From the NCBI GenBank assembly GCA_036689375.1, contig CP144808.1, positions 20,927 through 84,926 of the forward strand: DNA of 64,000 nt, written 5' to 3'. Each line of letters begins with the position of its first letter. The first letter of the stretch is position 1. The notes below the pieces were generated by a model, which was not told the origin of the DNA, made no database searches, and saw only the letters and a list, made by a program, of their open reading frames with translations. Of the stretch, positions 13,663 to 25,019 are shown piece by piece. Source of the DNA: Candidatus Stammera capleta. GTDB taxonomy: Bacteria > Pseudomonadota > Gammaproteobacteria > Enterobacterales > Enterobacteriaceae. Both the position numbers and the translations under genes were made by a program.

Positions 13663-14577
13663 TATTTCTCCTTTTTTAAAAAAATTTTTTTTTGAATTAA
13701 TAAAGTCTATTATATTTAATATTTTTTTATTATTTATTTGTATTTTTTTTATTTCTATAGGATAAGTTATTGTATTTATTATTAATTTTTTTTTATTATA
13801 AGTTAATATTTTTCCTGGTTTATCATTTTTTTTTTTATTTATTATTTTTATTGATCATATAAATATTATTTTTTTTTTATGATAAAAATATGTTTTAGGT
13901 CATAAAAAAAAAGCTTTTATTTTTCTATATATAGTTATAGCATCATTTTTTTTTCATTTTATTAATCCTTCTTTTTTATTTATTTTTTTTGCATATGTAA
14001 TATATTTTTTATTTTGTTTTTTATATATATATTTTTTTAAAAATATATTTAATATTATTTTTTTAATTAATCTTATACTTATTATTTGTATTCTATTTAA
14101 TAATGATAAATAATTATCATTGTTTTTTATTATACATTTTTTTTGATATATTATTTTTCCATTATCTATATATTTATTCATTTTTATAAATGTAACTCCT
14201 GTTTTTTTATCTCCTGATAATATACTTCTTTGTATTGGTGCAGCTCCTTTTCATTTTGGTAATAATGATGCATGTATGTTTATAAATCCATTTTTTGGTA
14301 TATTTATTATTGATTCAGGAATTTTATAACCATATGAAATTAATATTCCTATATCTATATTTTTTTTATTTATTTTATTTTTTATATTTTTAAGATCTTT
14401 AATTGTTTTTGTTTCAAAAATTTTTATTTTATTTTTATTTAATATTTTTTTTATTTTTTTTTTTTTTTTAGTTATTATATTAATAATATTAAATTCTTTA
14501 CAATTTAATAAATATTTTAAGTGATTTATTGAAATTTTATTGTTTCCTATAAATATAATATTTATTTTTTTATTCAT
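13654..14577 (-). CDS. fmt: Methionyl-tRNA formyltransferase
   Basis: [21 protein letters not shown] matches Fmt. Four in-frame TGA (TCA on the plus strand) were checked codon by codon down to TAA at 13654-13656. Lies downstream of def. Confidence 0.9.
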
Positions 14578-14595
14578 TTATTTTTTTTAAAATGT

Positions 14596-15042
14596 TTATT
14601 TTATATGGTCAATAAATAATATACCTTTAGTATGATCTATTTCATGTTGAATACATATTGATAATATATTTTTGCATTTAAATTTTATTTTTTTTCCATT
14701 TATATTATATGCTTTTATTGTTATTTTTTTATATCTTTTTATATATGAACTAAAATTTTTAATTGATAAACAACTTTCTTTTGAAAAAATATTATTTTTT
14801 TTTTTTATTATTTTAGGATTAATTAATATTAATTTACTAGATTTTTTTTTTAAAATATCTATTATTATTATTGATTTATTTATATTTACTTGTATTGCTG
14901 CTAATCCTATTCCATTACTATTATACATAGTATCAAACATATCTGATATATTTTTTTTTAATTCATTATCAAATATAGTAACTTTTTTACTTTTTTTTCT
15001 TAATATTTTATTTGGATATGTAATTATTTTTAATATTGACAT
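14596..15042 (-). CDS. def: Peptide deformylase
   Basis: GIGLAAIQV, ESCLS and QHEIDH motifs in 148 aa. def-fmt operon. Confidence 0.93.
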   Translation of the reverse strand: MSILKIITYPNKILRKKSKKVTIFDNELKKNISDMFDTMYNSNGIGLAAIQVNINKSIIIIDILKKKSSKLILINPKIIKKKNNIFSKESCLSIKNFSSYIKRYKKITIKAYNINGKKIKFKCKNILSICIQHEIDHTKGILFIDHIK

Positions 15043-15052
15043 ATTATATTAT

Positions 15053-15137
15053 TACCCAAAGCGGGATTCGAACCCGCACAGTTTTGTATAACTGAGGGAT
15101 TTTAAGTCCCTTGTGTCTACCATTCCACCATTTGGGC
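15053..15137 (-). tRNA. tRNA-Leu (anticodon UAA), long variable arm
   Basis: The reverse complement GCCCAAATGGTGGAATGGTAGACACAAGGGACTTAAAATCCC... matches E. coli leuZ-type tRNA. No encoded CCA. Confidence 0.93.
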
Positions 15138-15160
15138 AGTTTTTATATATTATTTATATT

Positions 15161-15232
15161 AAGCGTGTCCCGGAATTGAACCGGGATTATATGGATTTGC
15201 AATCCAGTGCATTACCTGTCTGCCAACACGCT
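15161..15232 (-). tRNA. tRNA-Cys (anticodon GCA)
   Basis: The reverse complement has anticodon loop TTGCAAA, acceptor AGCGTGT/ACACGCT and T-loop GGTTCAATTCC. Cys then Leu order matches E. coli cysT-leuZ. Confidence 0.9.
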
Positions 15233-15411
15233 ATATATAAAATATTAAACATATATTATATAATATATTTATATAAAAATAAAATTTAATTTTTTTAAAA
15301 TTAGTATAAATATATAAAATATAGTAAAATATATATTATATTAATTTATATTATTTTTTATTTAATTTTAAATATTATTTATATTTAATATTTATATTAG
15401 TTTATAATTTT

Positions 15412-15780
15412 ATGTCTACAATAAATCAATTATTACGTAAATCTCGTTTAAAAAAAAACATTAAAAATAATGTTCCTGCTTTAAATGGTTGTCCTCAAAA
15501 AAGAGGTGTATGTATAAAAGTTTATACTACTACTCCTAAAAAACCAAATTCGGCTCTTAGAAAAGTTTGTAGAGTTCGTTTAACAAATAATTTAGAAGTT
15601 ACAGCTTATATACCTGGAGAGGGTCATAATTTACAAGAACATTCTGTTGTATTAATTAGAGGTGGAAGAGTAAAAGACCTTCCAGGTGTTCGTTATCATG
15701 TAATTAGAGGATCTTTAGATTGTAGTGGTGTAAAGGATAGAAAAAGATCTAGATCGAAATATGGAGTTAAAAAAAATTAA
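15412..15780 (+). CDS. rpsL: 30S ribosomal protein S12
   Basis: [10 protein letters not shown]...[18 protein letters not shown]...[17 protein letters not shown] matches S12. Confidence 0.97.
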   Translation: MSTINQLLRKSRLKKNIKNNVPALNGCPQKRGVCIKVYTTTPKKPNSALRKVCRVRLTNNLEVTAYIPGEGHNLQEHSVVLIRGGRVKDLPGVRYHVIRGSLDCSGVKDRKRSRSKYGVKKN

Positions 15781-15811
15781 ATGGATATTTATTTATTATG
15801 AGGATTATTTA

Positions 15812-16282
15812 ATGTCTCGTCATAGTGTTTTTAATAATAGAAAAATTGTTTCTGATTATATATATAATTCTAAATTAGTTTCTAAATTTATAAATATATT
15901 AATGTTTGATGGAAAAAAATCTATTGCTGCAAATATTTTATATAAATCTTTAAATATTATTTCTAAAAAAATTAAAAAAGATGGTTTAGATTTATTAAAA
16001 TTAGCATTAAATAATGTTAAACCTATAGTTGAAGTTAAATCTAGAAGAGTTGGTGGTACTACATATAAAATTCCAGTAGAGGTTAGACCATCAAGAGGTT
16101 ATACTTTAGCTATACGTTGAATTATTTTTTCTGCTAGAAAAAGATATAAAAAAAAAATGTTTTTAAATTTATCTGATGAATTATTGGATGCAATAAATAA
16201 AAAAGGTTTATCTATTAAAAAACGTGATGAAATTCATCGTATTGCTGAATCTAATAAAGCTTTTGCTCATTATAGATGATAA
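15812..16282 (+). CDS. rpsG: 30S ribosomal protein S7
   Basis: ATG 15812. [21 protein letters not shown] and LAIRW-II motifs. Ends ...AFAHYRW with the terminal Trp as TGA 16277-16279, then TAA. Confidence 0.95.
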
Positions 16283-16309
16283 TTTTAATTTTTATATTAA
16301 GGAATTTAT

Positions 16310-18439
16310 ATGTCTCGTATTACATCTATATTAAATTATCGTAATATTGGTATTAGTGCTCATATTGATGCTGGAAAGACTACTTTAACTGAGCGAATTT
16401 TATTTTATACTGGTATTAATTATAAATTAGGTGAAGTTCATGATGGAACAGCTACAATGGATTGAATGGAACAAGAACAAGAAAGAGGTATTACTATAAC
16501 TTCTGCTTCTACTACTACTTTTTGGTCTGGTATGTTTAAACAATATATTAATCCATATAGAATAAATATTATAGATACCCCAGGTCATGTAGATTTTACT
16601 GTTGAAGTAGAAAGATCTATGAGAGTATTAGATGGCGCTGTTATGGTATATTGTGCTGTTGGTGGAGTTCAACCTCAATCTGAAACTGTTTGGAAACAGG
16701 TTAATAAATATAATGTTCCTCGTATTGCTTTTGTAAATAAAATGGATCGTGTTGGATCAGATTTTTTTAATGTAATAGATGATTTAAAAAATAAATTTAA
16801 TATTTTTGTTTTACCTATTCAGTTACCTATAGGATCAGAAGATAAATTTTCTGGAGTTATTGATTTAATTAAAGAAAAATTTTTTATTTGAAATAATAAT
16901 AATTTTGGATTAAATTATAGTACACATAATATTAATAAAAAAAATGATTTTTATGATTCTTTTATTTTTTGAAGAAATAAAATTATTGAATTAGTTGCTG
17001 ATTATTCAGATGATTTTACAAATAAATATTTAAATGGTGAAAATTTTAGTGAAAAAGAAATAAAATTAGTTTTAAGAAAAAAAGTTTTGAATAATAGTAT
17101 TTTATTAGTTACATGTGGATCTGCTTTTAAAAATAAAGGTATTCAATGTTTATTAGATTGTGTAGTTGATTATTTACCTTCTCCTAAAGATATAGGTAAA
17201 ATATATGGTTTAAATATTAAAAATAATGATAATATTTGTCGTCTATCTTCTGAATCAGAATCTTTTTCTTCTTTGGCTTTTAAGGTTACTAATGATCCAT
17301 TTGTTGGAAATTTAACTTTTTTAAGAGTTTATTCAGGATTTATTAAATCAGGAAATACTGTTTTAAATTCTACTACTAATAAAAAAGAAAGAATTGGTCG
17401 TATAGTTCAAATGCATGCTAATAAAAAGGAGGAAATTAGAGAGGTTTTTGCTGGAGATATAGCTGCTGCTATTGGATTAAAAGATGTTGTTACTGGTGAT
17501 ACTTTGTGTGATATTAATAATCCTATTTTATTAGAAAAAATAAAATTTCCTAATCCAGTAATTTCTGTTTCTATTGAACCAAAAACTAAATTAGATCAAG
17601 AAAAAATGGGTATTGCTTTATCTCGTTTAACAAAAGAAGATCCTACATTTAAAAGTTTTTTTGATAAAGAATCTAATCAAACAATAATATCTGGTATGGG
17701 TGAATTACATTTAGAAATTATAGTTGATAGAATGAAAAGAGAATTTAATGTAAATTGCAATATCGGTAAACCTGAAGTTGCTTATAGAGAAACTATATTA
17801 AATAGTATTAAAAATATTGAAGGTAAATATATAAAACAAACTGGAGGAAGAGGACAATATGGACATGTTGTTATTGATTTATTTCCTTTATTAGAATCAG
17901 AAATATCTAAGTCTAAAAATGGTTATTTATTTGTTAATAATATAAAAGGTGGTGTTATTCCAAATGAATATATACAATCTATAGATAAAGGAATACAAGA
18001 ACAATTAAGATGTGGTCCTTTAGCTGGATATCCAGTGGTTAATATAAAAGTTAGATTATTTTTTGGATCATATCATGATGTTGATTCTTCAGAAATAGCA
18101 TTTAAAATGGCTGCTTCAATTGCTTTTAAAAAAGCTTTTTTAAAAGCTCAACCTATTTTATTAGAACCAATCATGAAAGTGGATGTTGAAACTCCAGAAT
18201 CTTATATGGGTAATGTTATAAGTGATTTAAATCGTCGTAGAGCAATTATAGATGAAATAAATGATATTAATTTAGGAAAATTGATTAAATCTTATGTTCC
18301 TTTATCAGAAATGTTTGGTTATGCAACTGATTTAAGATCTCAAACTCAAGGAAGAGCTTTATATTCTATGGAATTTTATAGATATAAGGTTACTCCTGGA
18401 TATATTTGTGAAAAAATAGTAAAATTACGTAATAATTAA
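16310..18439 (+). CDS. fusA: Elongation factor G
   Basis: [10 protein letters not shown]-loop and [16 protein letters not shown] with TGA at 16463-16465. Three in-frame TGA join the ORF-track pieces in one frame to give 709 aa. Confidence 0.97.
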
Positions 18440-18457
18440 TAATAATATAGGATTTTT

Positions 18458-19642
18458 ATGTCAAAAGAAAAATTTAATCGTTCTAAAATACATATTAATG
18501 TAGGAACTATAGGTCATGTTGATCATGGTAAAACTACTTTAACTTCAGCAATTACAACAATTTTATCAAAGAAATATGGTGGTAAACCATGTTCTTTTGA
18601 TCAAATAGATAATGCTCCAGAAGAAAAAGAAAGAGGTATAACTATTAATACTTCTCATGTTGAATATGATACTAAATTAAGACATTATGCTCATGTTGAT
18701 TGTCCTGGTCATGCTGATTATATAAAAAACATGATTACTGGTGCTGCTCAAATGGATGGTGCTATTTTAGTTGTTGCTGCAACTGATGGACCTATGCCTC
18801 AAACAAGAGAACATATTTTATTAGCTAGACAAGTAGGAGTACCTTATATTGTTGTTTTTTTAAATAAATGTGATATGGTTGATGATGAAGAATTATTAGA
18901 ATTAGTAGAAATGGAAATAAGAGATATATTAAATCAATATAATTTTCCTGGAGATAAAACTCCTATTATTCGTGGATCAGCTTTAAAAGCTTTAGATGGA
19001 ATAAATAAATGGGAAAAGAAAATTTTTGATTTATCTAATATTTTAGATACTTATATTCCTAATCCTAAAAGAGATATAGATGAATCATTTTTATTACCAA
19101 TAGAAGATATTTTTTCTATATCTGGAAGAGGTACTGTTGTAACTGGAAGAATAGAAAAAGGTATTATTAAAATAGGTGATGAAGTTGAAATAGTTGGTAT
19201 AAGAAATACTCAAAAATCTATATGTACTGGTATTGAAATGTTTCGTAAACTTCTTGATGAAGGAAGAGCTGGAGAAAATGTTGGTATTTTATTAAGAGGT
19301 ATTAAAAGAGAAGATATAGAAAGAGGTCAAGTTTTATCTAAACCTGGTACTATTAATCCTCATACTTATTTTGAATCTGAAGTATATGTTTTATCAAAAG
19401 AAGAAGGAGGAAGACATACTCCATTTTTAAATGGTTATCGTCCTCAGTTTTATTTTAGAACTACTGATGTAACTGGTACAATAGAATTACCTAAAGGTGT
19501 TGATATGATAATGCCTGGAGATAATGTAAAAATTTTTGTTAAATTATTTAATCCTATAGCTATGGATGAGGGTTTACGTTTTGCTATTAGAGAAGGAGGT
19601 CGTACTGTTGGAGCTGGAATAGTAAGTAAAATTATTATTTAA
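18458..19642 (+). CDS. tuf: Elongation factor Tu
   Basis: Uninterrupted 394 aa with [18 protein letters not shown] and NKCD motifs. Confidence 0.98.
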   Translation: MSKEKFNRSKIHINVGTIGHVDHGKTTLTSAITTILSKKYGGKPCSFDQIDNAPEEKERGITINTSHVEYDTKLRHYAHVDCPGHADYIKNMITGAAQMDGAILVVAATDGPMPQTREHILLARQVGVPYIVVFLNKCDMVDDEELLELVEMEIRDILNQYNFPGDKTPIIRGSALKALDGINKWEKKIFDLSNILDTYIPNPKRDIDESFLLPIEDIFSISGRGTVVTGRIEKGIIKIGDEVEIVGIRNTQKSICTGIEMFRKLLDEGRAGENVGILLRGIKREDIERGQVLSKPGTINPHTYFESEVYVLSKEEGGRHTPFLNGYRPQFYFRTTDVTGTIELPKGVDMIMPGDNVKIFVKLFNPIAMDEGLRFAIREGGRTVGAGIVSKIII

Positions 19643-19657
19643 TTATTTAAAATTTTT

Positions 19658-19969
19658 ATGAAAAATCAAAGAATGAGAATAAAATTAAAATCTTTTGATC
19701 ATCGTTTAATAGATATATCTACTTTAGATATAATAGAAACTGCTAGAAAAACAGGAGCTAGAGTTTGTGGTCCTATACCATTACCTACTTCTATTGAACG
19801 TTTTACTGTTTTAACTTCTCCTCATGTTGATAAAGATGCTAGAGATCAATATGAGATAAGAATACATAAACGTTTAATAGATATAATTGAATCTACAGAT
19901 AAAACTGTTGATGCTTTAATGAGATTAAATTTAGCTTCTGGTGTTGATGTTCAAATAAGTTTAGGATAA
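19658..19969 (+). CDS. rpsJ: 30S ribosomal protein S10
   Basis: [13 protein letters not shown]...GPIPLPT...[18 protein letters not shown] matches S10. Confidence 0.97.
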   Translation: MKNQRMRIKLKSFDHRLIDISTLDIIETARKTGARVCGPIPLPTSIERFTVLTSPHVDKDARDQYEIRIHKRLIDIIESTDKTVDALMRLNLASGVDVQISLG

Positions 19970-19994
19970 TAATATTTATTATTATAAAAAAAAT

Positions 19995-20615
19995 ATGATT
20001 GTTTTAATGGGTAAAAAAATTGGTATGACACAAATACTTAATTCAAATAATGTGTTTATACCTGTTACTATAATAAAATTTAGTAATAATATTATTACTT
20101 CTATAAAAAAAAGTAGTAATAAAAAAAAGGTTCAAATAACTACTGGAAAAGTTAATTTTAAAAAACTTAATAATTGTAAAAAAAATTTTTTTAAAAAAAT
20201 AAATGTAAAACCTGGATTATATTTGTATGAGGTTCCATATATTAAAAATTTGCATACTAAAATTGGTAAAAATTTAGATGTTAGTATATTTAATAATATT
20301 AATAAAGTTAATGTAACTGGTATTTCTAAAGGAAAAGGATTTTCTGGTACTGTAAAGAGATGGAATTTTAAAACTCAGGATAAAAGTCATGGTAATTCTT
20401 TATCACATAGAGTTCCTGGTTCTATTGGTCAAAATCAAAGTCCTGGAAAAGTTTTTAAAGGTAAAAAAATGTCTGGTCATTTAGGAAATTCAAAAGTGAC
20501 TAAAAAAAACCTTGATATTATTAATATATATTTAGAAAAAAATTTACTTATTATTAAAGGATGTGTATCTGGTTTTAATAATAGTTATATTATTGTTAAA
20601 TCTTCAGTAAAATAG
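19995..20615 (+). CDS. rplC: 50S ribosomal protein L3
   Basis: MIVLMGKKIGMTQI and GKGFSGTVKRWNFKTQD..HGNSLSHRVPGSIGQNQSPGKVFKGKKM match L3. Confidence 0.96.
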   Translation: MIVLMGKKIGMTQILNSNNVFIPVTIIKFSNNIITSIKKSSNKKKVQITTGKVNFKKLNNCKKNFFKKINVKPGLYLYEVPYIKNLHTKIGKNLDVSIFNNINKVNVTGISKGKGFSGTVKRWNFKTQDKSHGNSLSHRVPGSIGQNQSPGKVFKGKKMSGHLGNSKVTKKNLDIINIYLEKNLLIIKGCVSGFNNSYIIVKSSVK

Positions 20616-20628
20616 TTAAGAGATTTTT

Positions 20629-21243
20629 ATGGATATAATTCTAAAAGATACTAATAGTAGTATTATATTATCAGATGATATTTTTAATGTTCCTTTTAAT
20701 ATGTCTTTAATACATCAAGTTGTAGTTTCTTTTAGACATAATTGTCGTCAAGGAAGTGTTTCTCAAAAATCTAGATCTGAGGTTAGAGGATCTAATAAAA
20801 AACCTTGAAAACAAAAGGGTACTGGTAGAGCTAGATCTGGATCAATTAAAAGTCCTATATGGAGATCTGGAGGTGTTACTTTTGCTTCTAAACCAAAAAA
20901 ATATTATTCAAAAATAAATAAAAAAGTTTATTTAAATTCTTTAAAAATTGTTTTATCTGAATTATATAGATTATCTAGATTTTATGTTTTTAATAAAATT
21001 GAAATTGATAAACCAAAAACAAAAAAATTTTTAGAAAAATTTAATTTTTTAGATATTAGAAAATTATTAATTATAAATGATAATTTTAATAGATTTTTAT
21101 TTTTATCTACTCGTAATTTATTTAGTGTTAAAATTATTAATGTTGATAATATAAATATATTAGATTTAGTTAAATGTAGAAATGTTATTTTTACTTTAAA
21201 ATCTATAAAAAAATTTGAGGATAAATGTATTAATGTGCAATAA
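20629..21243 (+). CDS. rplD: 50S ribosomal protein L4
   Basis: [29 protein letters not shown] matches L4, with one TGA Trp and one TGG Trp. Ends at TAA 21241-21243. Confidence 0.93.
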
Positions 21244-21541
21244 AATTTATAATTGTTTTAATTATATTAAAAAGGTATGTTTTTCAAGTAAAACATCTTT
21301 TTTAAAAAAAAATAATAATACTTTAGTTTTTAAATTTAATAAAAATATAAGTAAATTAGATATATTTAATTGTATATCTAAAGTTTTTGATGTAAAAATT
21401 AAAAAAATAAGAACATTATTAGTTAAAAGAAAAAAAAAAATAAATAAAAAAAAAATAGGTTATACAAAAGTTTGAAAAAAAGTTTATGTTATTTTAGAAA
21501 AAAATCAAAAAATTAAATTAAATGATATATTTGTAATGTAA
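21233..21541 (+). CDS. rplW: 50S ribosomal protein L23
   Basis: ...TKVW-KKVYVILEKNQ matches L23 SDWKKAYVTLKEGQ. The ATG 21233 start (overlapping rplD by 11 nt) is my choice and is uncertain. Confidence 0.85.
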
Positions 21542-21551
21542 GGTATAGTTT

Positions 21552-22373
21552 ATGGTAGTTATAAAATATAATCCTGTTACTCCTGGATATAGAAATAAAA
21601 CTAGAATTTTAAATAAATATTTATATAAAGGTAAACCTTATAATATTTTATTAAGAAAAAAAAAAAAAAAAAGTGGTCGTAATAATTTAGGAAGAATTAC
21701 AGTTAATCATAGAGGTGGTGGTAATAGAAAAAAATATAGAATTATAGATTTTAAAAGAAATAAAGATAATTTATATGGTTTAGTTGAACGTATTGAATAT
21801 GATCCTAATCGTTCTTCTTTAATTGCTCTAATTTTATATAAAGATGGAGAAAGAAGATATATTATATATCCTAAAGATTTATTAATTGGTGATAATATAA
21901 TTTCTGGAAAAAATATACCTATTAAAATAGGTAATTGTTTATTTTTAAAAGATATTTATATTGGTTCTTTTATTCATAATATAGAGTTATTTCCTGGAAG
22001 AGGTGGAAAATTAGTTAGATCTGCTGGTTCATATGCTCAGATTATTTCTAAAGAATCAAAATATGTTTTTGTAAGATTACGTTCAGGTGAAATAAGAAAA
22101 ATAAATTCTTTATGTAAGGCTACTATAGGTCAAGTTGGTAATTCTGAACATATGTTATGTGTTTTAGGAAAAGCTGGTTCTAAGAGATGATTAGGTATAA
22201 GACCTACTGTAAGAGGAACTGCTATGAATCCTATAGACCATCCTCATGGTGGAGGTGAAGGAAGGAATTTTGGTAAACATCCTGTAACTCCTTGGGGTTT
22301 TAAAACTAAAGGAAAAAAAACAAGAAAAAATAAAAGGACTAATAAATTTATTGTAAAATTCCGTAGAAAATAA
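21552..22373 (+). CDS. rplB: 50S ribosomal protein L2
   Basis: [11 protein letters not shown] and [27 protein letters not shown], with TGA at 22188-22190. Contains a 17-A run at 21656-21672 that stays in frame. Confidence 0.96.
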
Positions 22374-22392
22374 TTTATAAAAGGTAAATAAA

Positions 22393-22674
22393 ATGTCTCG
22401 TTCTTTTAAAAAAGGTCCATTTATTGATTTTCATTTATTTAAAAAAATAAAAAAAGCTTTATTAAAGAAAGATAAAACTCCTATAAAAACTTGATCAAGA
22501 AGATCAACAATAATACCTAATATGGTTGGATTAACAATTTTAGTTCATAATGGTAAAATTCATATACCTGTATATATTACTGAAGAAATGATTGGTCATA
22601 AATTAGGAGAATTTTCTCCAACAAGAACTTATAGAGGACATTTATCTAATACTAAAAAAATAAAAAAAGAATAA
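22393..22674 (+). CDS. rpsS: 30S ribosomal protein S19
   Basis: [12 protein letters not shown]...[22 protein letters not shown]...[16 protein letters not shown] matches S19. Confidence 0.95.
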
Positions 22675-22693
22675 TTTTATTTGGAATATATTT

Positions 22694-23023
22694 ATGGTAA
22701 ATATAATAGCTAGAAATCGTTATGTAAATTTATCAGATAGAAAATTAAGAATAGTAGCTAATTTTATTAGAGGAAAAAAGGTTGATTGATCTTTAAATAT
22801 TTTATTATTTATGAAAAAAAAAGCTGCTATGTTAATTAGAAAAACTTTATATTCTGCTTTATCTAATGCTAAACATAATAATGGAATTAAAAGTAATTCT
22901 TTAATAATAAGTCAAATATATATAGATAAAGCTATTTTTTATAAACGTGTTTTATATAGAAATAAAGGAAGAATAAATTATATTTTAAAAAAAACAAGTC
23001 ATATTACAATAATTATTTCTTAA
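22694..23023 (+). CDS. rplV: 50S ribosomal protein L22
   Basis: LRIVANFIRGKKV...KKKAAMLIRKTLYSALSNAKHN...LKKTSHITIII matches L22. One in-frame TGA. Confidence 0.92.
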
Positions 23024-23044
23024 GTTAATAATAAAAGGTGTTAT

Positions 23045-23767
23045 ATGGGTCAAAAAGTTAATCCTAATGTAATTCGTTTTGGTATTACAAAAATGTGAAA
23101 TTCTACTTGATTTGCTACTAAAAAAGATTTTGCAAATAATTTAGAAAATGATTTTAAAGTTAGATCTTATTTAAATAAAAAGTTATATAAAGCTTTAATA
23201 TCTAGAATATTAATTGAAAGACCTGCTAATAAAAGTATTAAAATAACTATATATACTGCTAGACCTGGTGTTGTTATAGGAAAGAAAGGAGAAGATATAG
23301 AAAAATTAAAAAAAAAAATTTCTTTAATTTCTAATGTTCCATGTCAAATTAATATATATGAAATAAGAAAAATAGAAATTGATGCTAAATTAATTGCTGA
23401 TAATATATCTTTTCAATTAGAAAAAAGAATGATGTTTAGAAGAGTTATGAAAAGATCTATTAATAATGCTATTCGTTTAGGTGTTAAAGGTATAAAAGTA
23501 GAAATTAGTGGTAGATTGGGTGGTACTGAGATAGCTAGAAGAGAATGATATAAAGAAGGAAGAATTCCATTACATACATTAAGAGCAGATATAGATTTTT
23601 GTGTATCTAAAGCTATTACTACTTATGGAGTTATTGGAATTAAAGTTTGAATTTTTAAAAATGAAATTTTTGATAAATATCATTCTATTAAGATGTATAA
23701 TAAAAATATTTTTAATTCTAAGAAAATATATAGAAGAAAAATAATAAATAAAAATAAAAGGTATTAA
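23045..23767 (+). CDS. rpsC: 30S ribosomal protein S3
   Basis: MGQKVNPN...KMW-NSTW-FA...[15 protein letters not shown]...[19 protein letters not shown]...IKVW-IF. All four TGA lie at Trp positions conserved in E. coli S3. Confidence 0.96.
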
Positions 23768-23768
23768 T

Positions 23769-24200
23769 ATGTTATGTCCTAAAAAAACTAAATATAAAAA
23801 AATGCAAAAAGGTCGTAATAAAGGTATATCTAATGATATTAATATTATTTTTGGAAAATTTGGTTTAAAGGCTGTTACTAGAGGTTTTATATCTTCTAAA
23901 CAAATTGAATCAGCTAGAAGAGTTATTACTCGTGTTTTAAAAAAACAAGGTTATATATGAATAAGAATTTTTCCAGATAAACCTATGACTAAAAAACCTT
24001 TAGAAGTAAGAATGGGAAAAGGTAAAGGTAATGTTGAATATTGGGTTTCTGTTATAAAACCTGGAAAAATATTATATGAATTATCTGGTATTGATGAAAA
24101 TTTAGCTAAAAAAGCTTTAAAATTAGCTAGTGCAAAATTATCTGTTAAAACTATTTTTGTTATTAAAAATAATTTATTATGTCAAACAATAAACTTTTAG
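23769..24200 (+). CDS. rplP: 50S ribosomal protein L16
   Basis: [17 protein letters not shown]...[34 protein letters not shown] matches L16. The C-terminus is extended and overlaps rpmC by 22 nt. Confidence 0.95.
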
Positions 24201-24376
24201 AAATTAAAAAAATAAAAAAATTAAGAGTAGATTTAAATAATTTATTAAAAGAGCAATTTAATTTAAAGATATATAAATTATCTGGTAATTTAAAAAAAAC
24301 TCATTTAATTAAATCATGTAAAAAAAAAATAGCTAAATTAAAAACAATTTTATGTAATATTTTAAGGAAAAATTAA
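24179..24376 (+). CDS. rpmC: 50S ribosomal protein L29
   Basis: [24 protein letters not shown] resembles L29 [24 protein letters not shown]. Confidence 0.9.
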   Translation: MSNNKLLEIKKIKKLRVDLNNLLKEQFNLKIYKLSGNLKKTHLIKSCKKKIAKLKTILCNILRKN

Positions 24377-24618
24377 TGATTATTAAAAAAATTTGTGGTT
24401 TAGTTATAAGTGATAAAATGAATAAAACTATTATTGTTAAAGTTTGTAAATATAAGAAAAATAAAGTTTATGGTAAATATATTAAAAAAAATACTAAATT
24501 ATATGCTCATGATGAATTAAATAAGTGTAAAAAAGGAGATTTAGTTGAAATAGTTTCATCTCGTCCTTTATCTAAGAAAAAATGTTGAATTTTAAATAAA
24601 TTTATTGTTAAAAAATAA
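24376..24618 (+). CDS. rpsQ: 30S ribosomal protein S17
   Basis: VISDKMNKTIIV...YGKYIKKNTKLYAHDE...RPLSKKKCW-IL matches S17 RPLSKTKSWTL. TGA at 24586-24588. Confidence 0.93.
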
Positions 24619-24632
24619 TTGGATTATAATAT

Positions 24633-25004
24633 ATGATTCAGGAAAGATCTTTATTAAAAGTTGCTGATAATTCAGGTGTTAAATTAGTAATGTGTATTAG
24701 AATTTTAGGTGGTAGTAAAAGAAAATATGCAAATATTGGTGATATAATTAAAGTAGTTGCAAAAGAAGTTATTTCTTCTAGTAAAGTTAAAAAAGGTGAT
24801 GTTTTAAAAGCTGTTATAATTCGTTCTAAATATGGAGTATCTAGATCTGATGGATCTTTTGTTAGATTTGATAGTAATTCATGTGTAATATTAAACAGTT
24901 CTAATTATCAACCTTTTGGTACTAGAATATTTGGTCCTGTTGCTAGAGAAATTAGATCAGATAAATTTATAAAAATTATATCTTTAGCTTCTGAAGTTAT
25001 TTAA
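24633..25004 (+). CDS. rplN: 50S ribosomal protein L14
   Basis: [15 protein letters not shown]...GDIIKV...VRFD.NS.VIL matches L14. 123 aa. Confidence 0.97.
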   Translation: MIQERSLLKVADNSGVKLVMCIRILGGSKRKYANIGDIIKVVAKEVISSSKVKKGDVLKAVIIRSKYGVSRSDGSFVRFDSNSCVILNSSNYQPFGTRIFGPVAREIRSDKFIKIISLASEVI

Positions 25005-25019
25005 TTTTTGGTATTTATT

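Noticed and set aside
14672-15091. 139 aa plus-strand ORF antisense to def and running into tRNA-Leu.
   Set aside because: Low-complexity Phe/Ile/Leu translation of the T-rich antisense strand of def. It overlaps a tRNA and has no recognisable motif.
15761-15811. Upstream extension of rpsG ([17 protein letters not shown]...).
   Set aside because: It overlaps the rpsL stop region. Alignment with S7 starts at MSRHSVF (ATG 15812).
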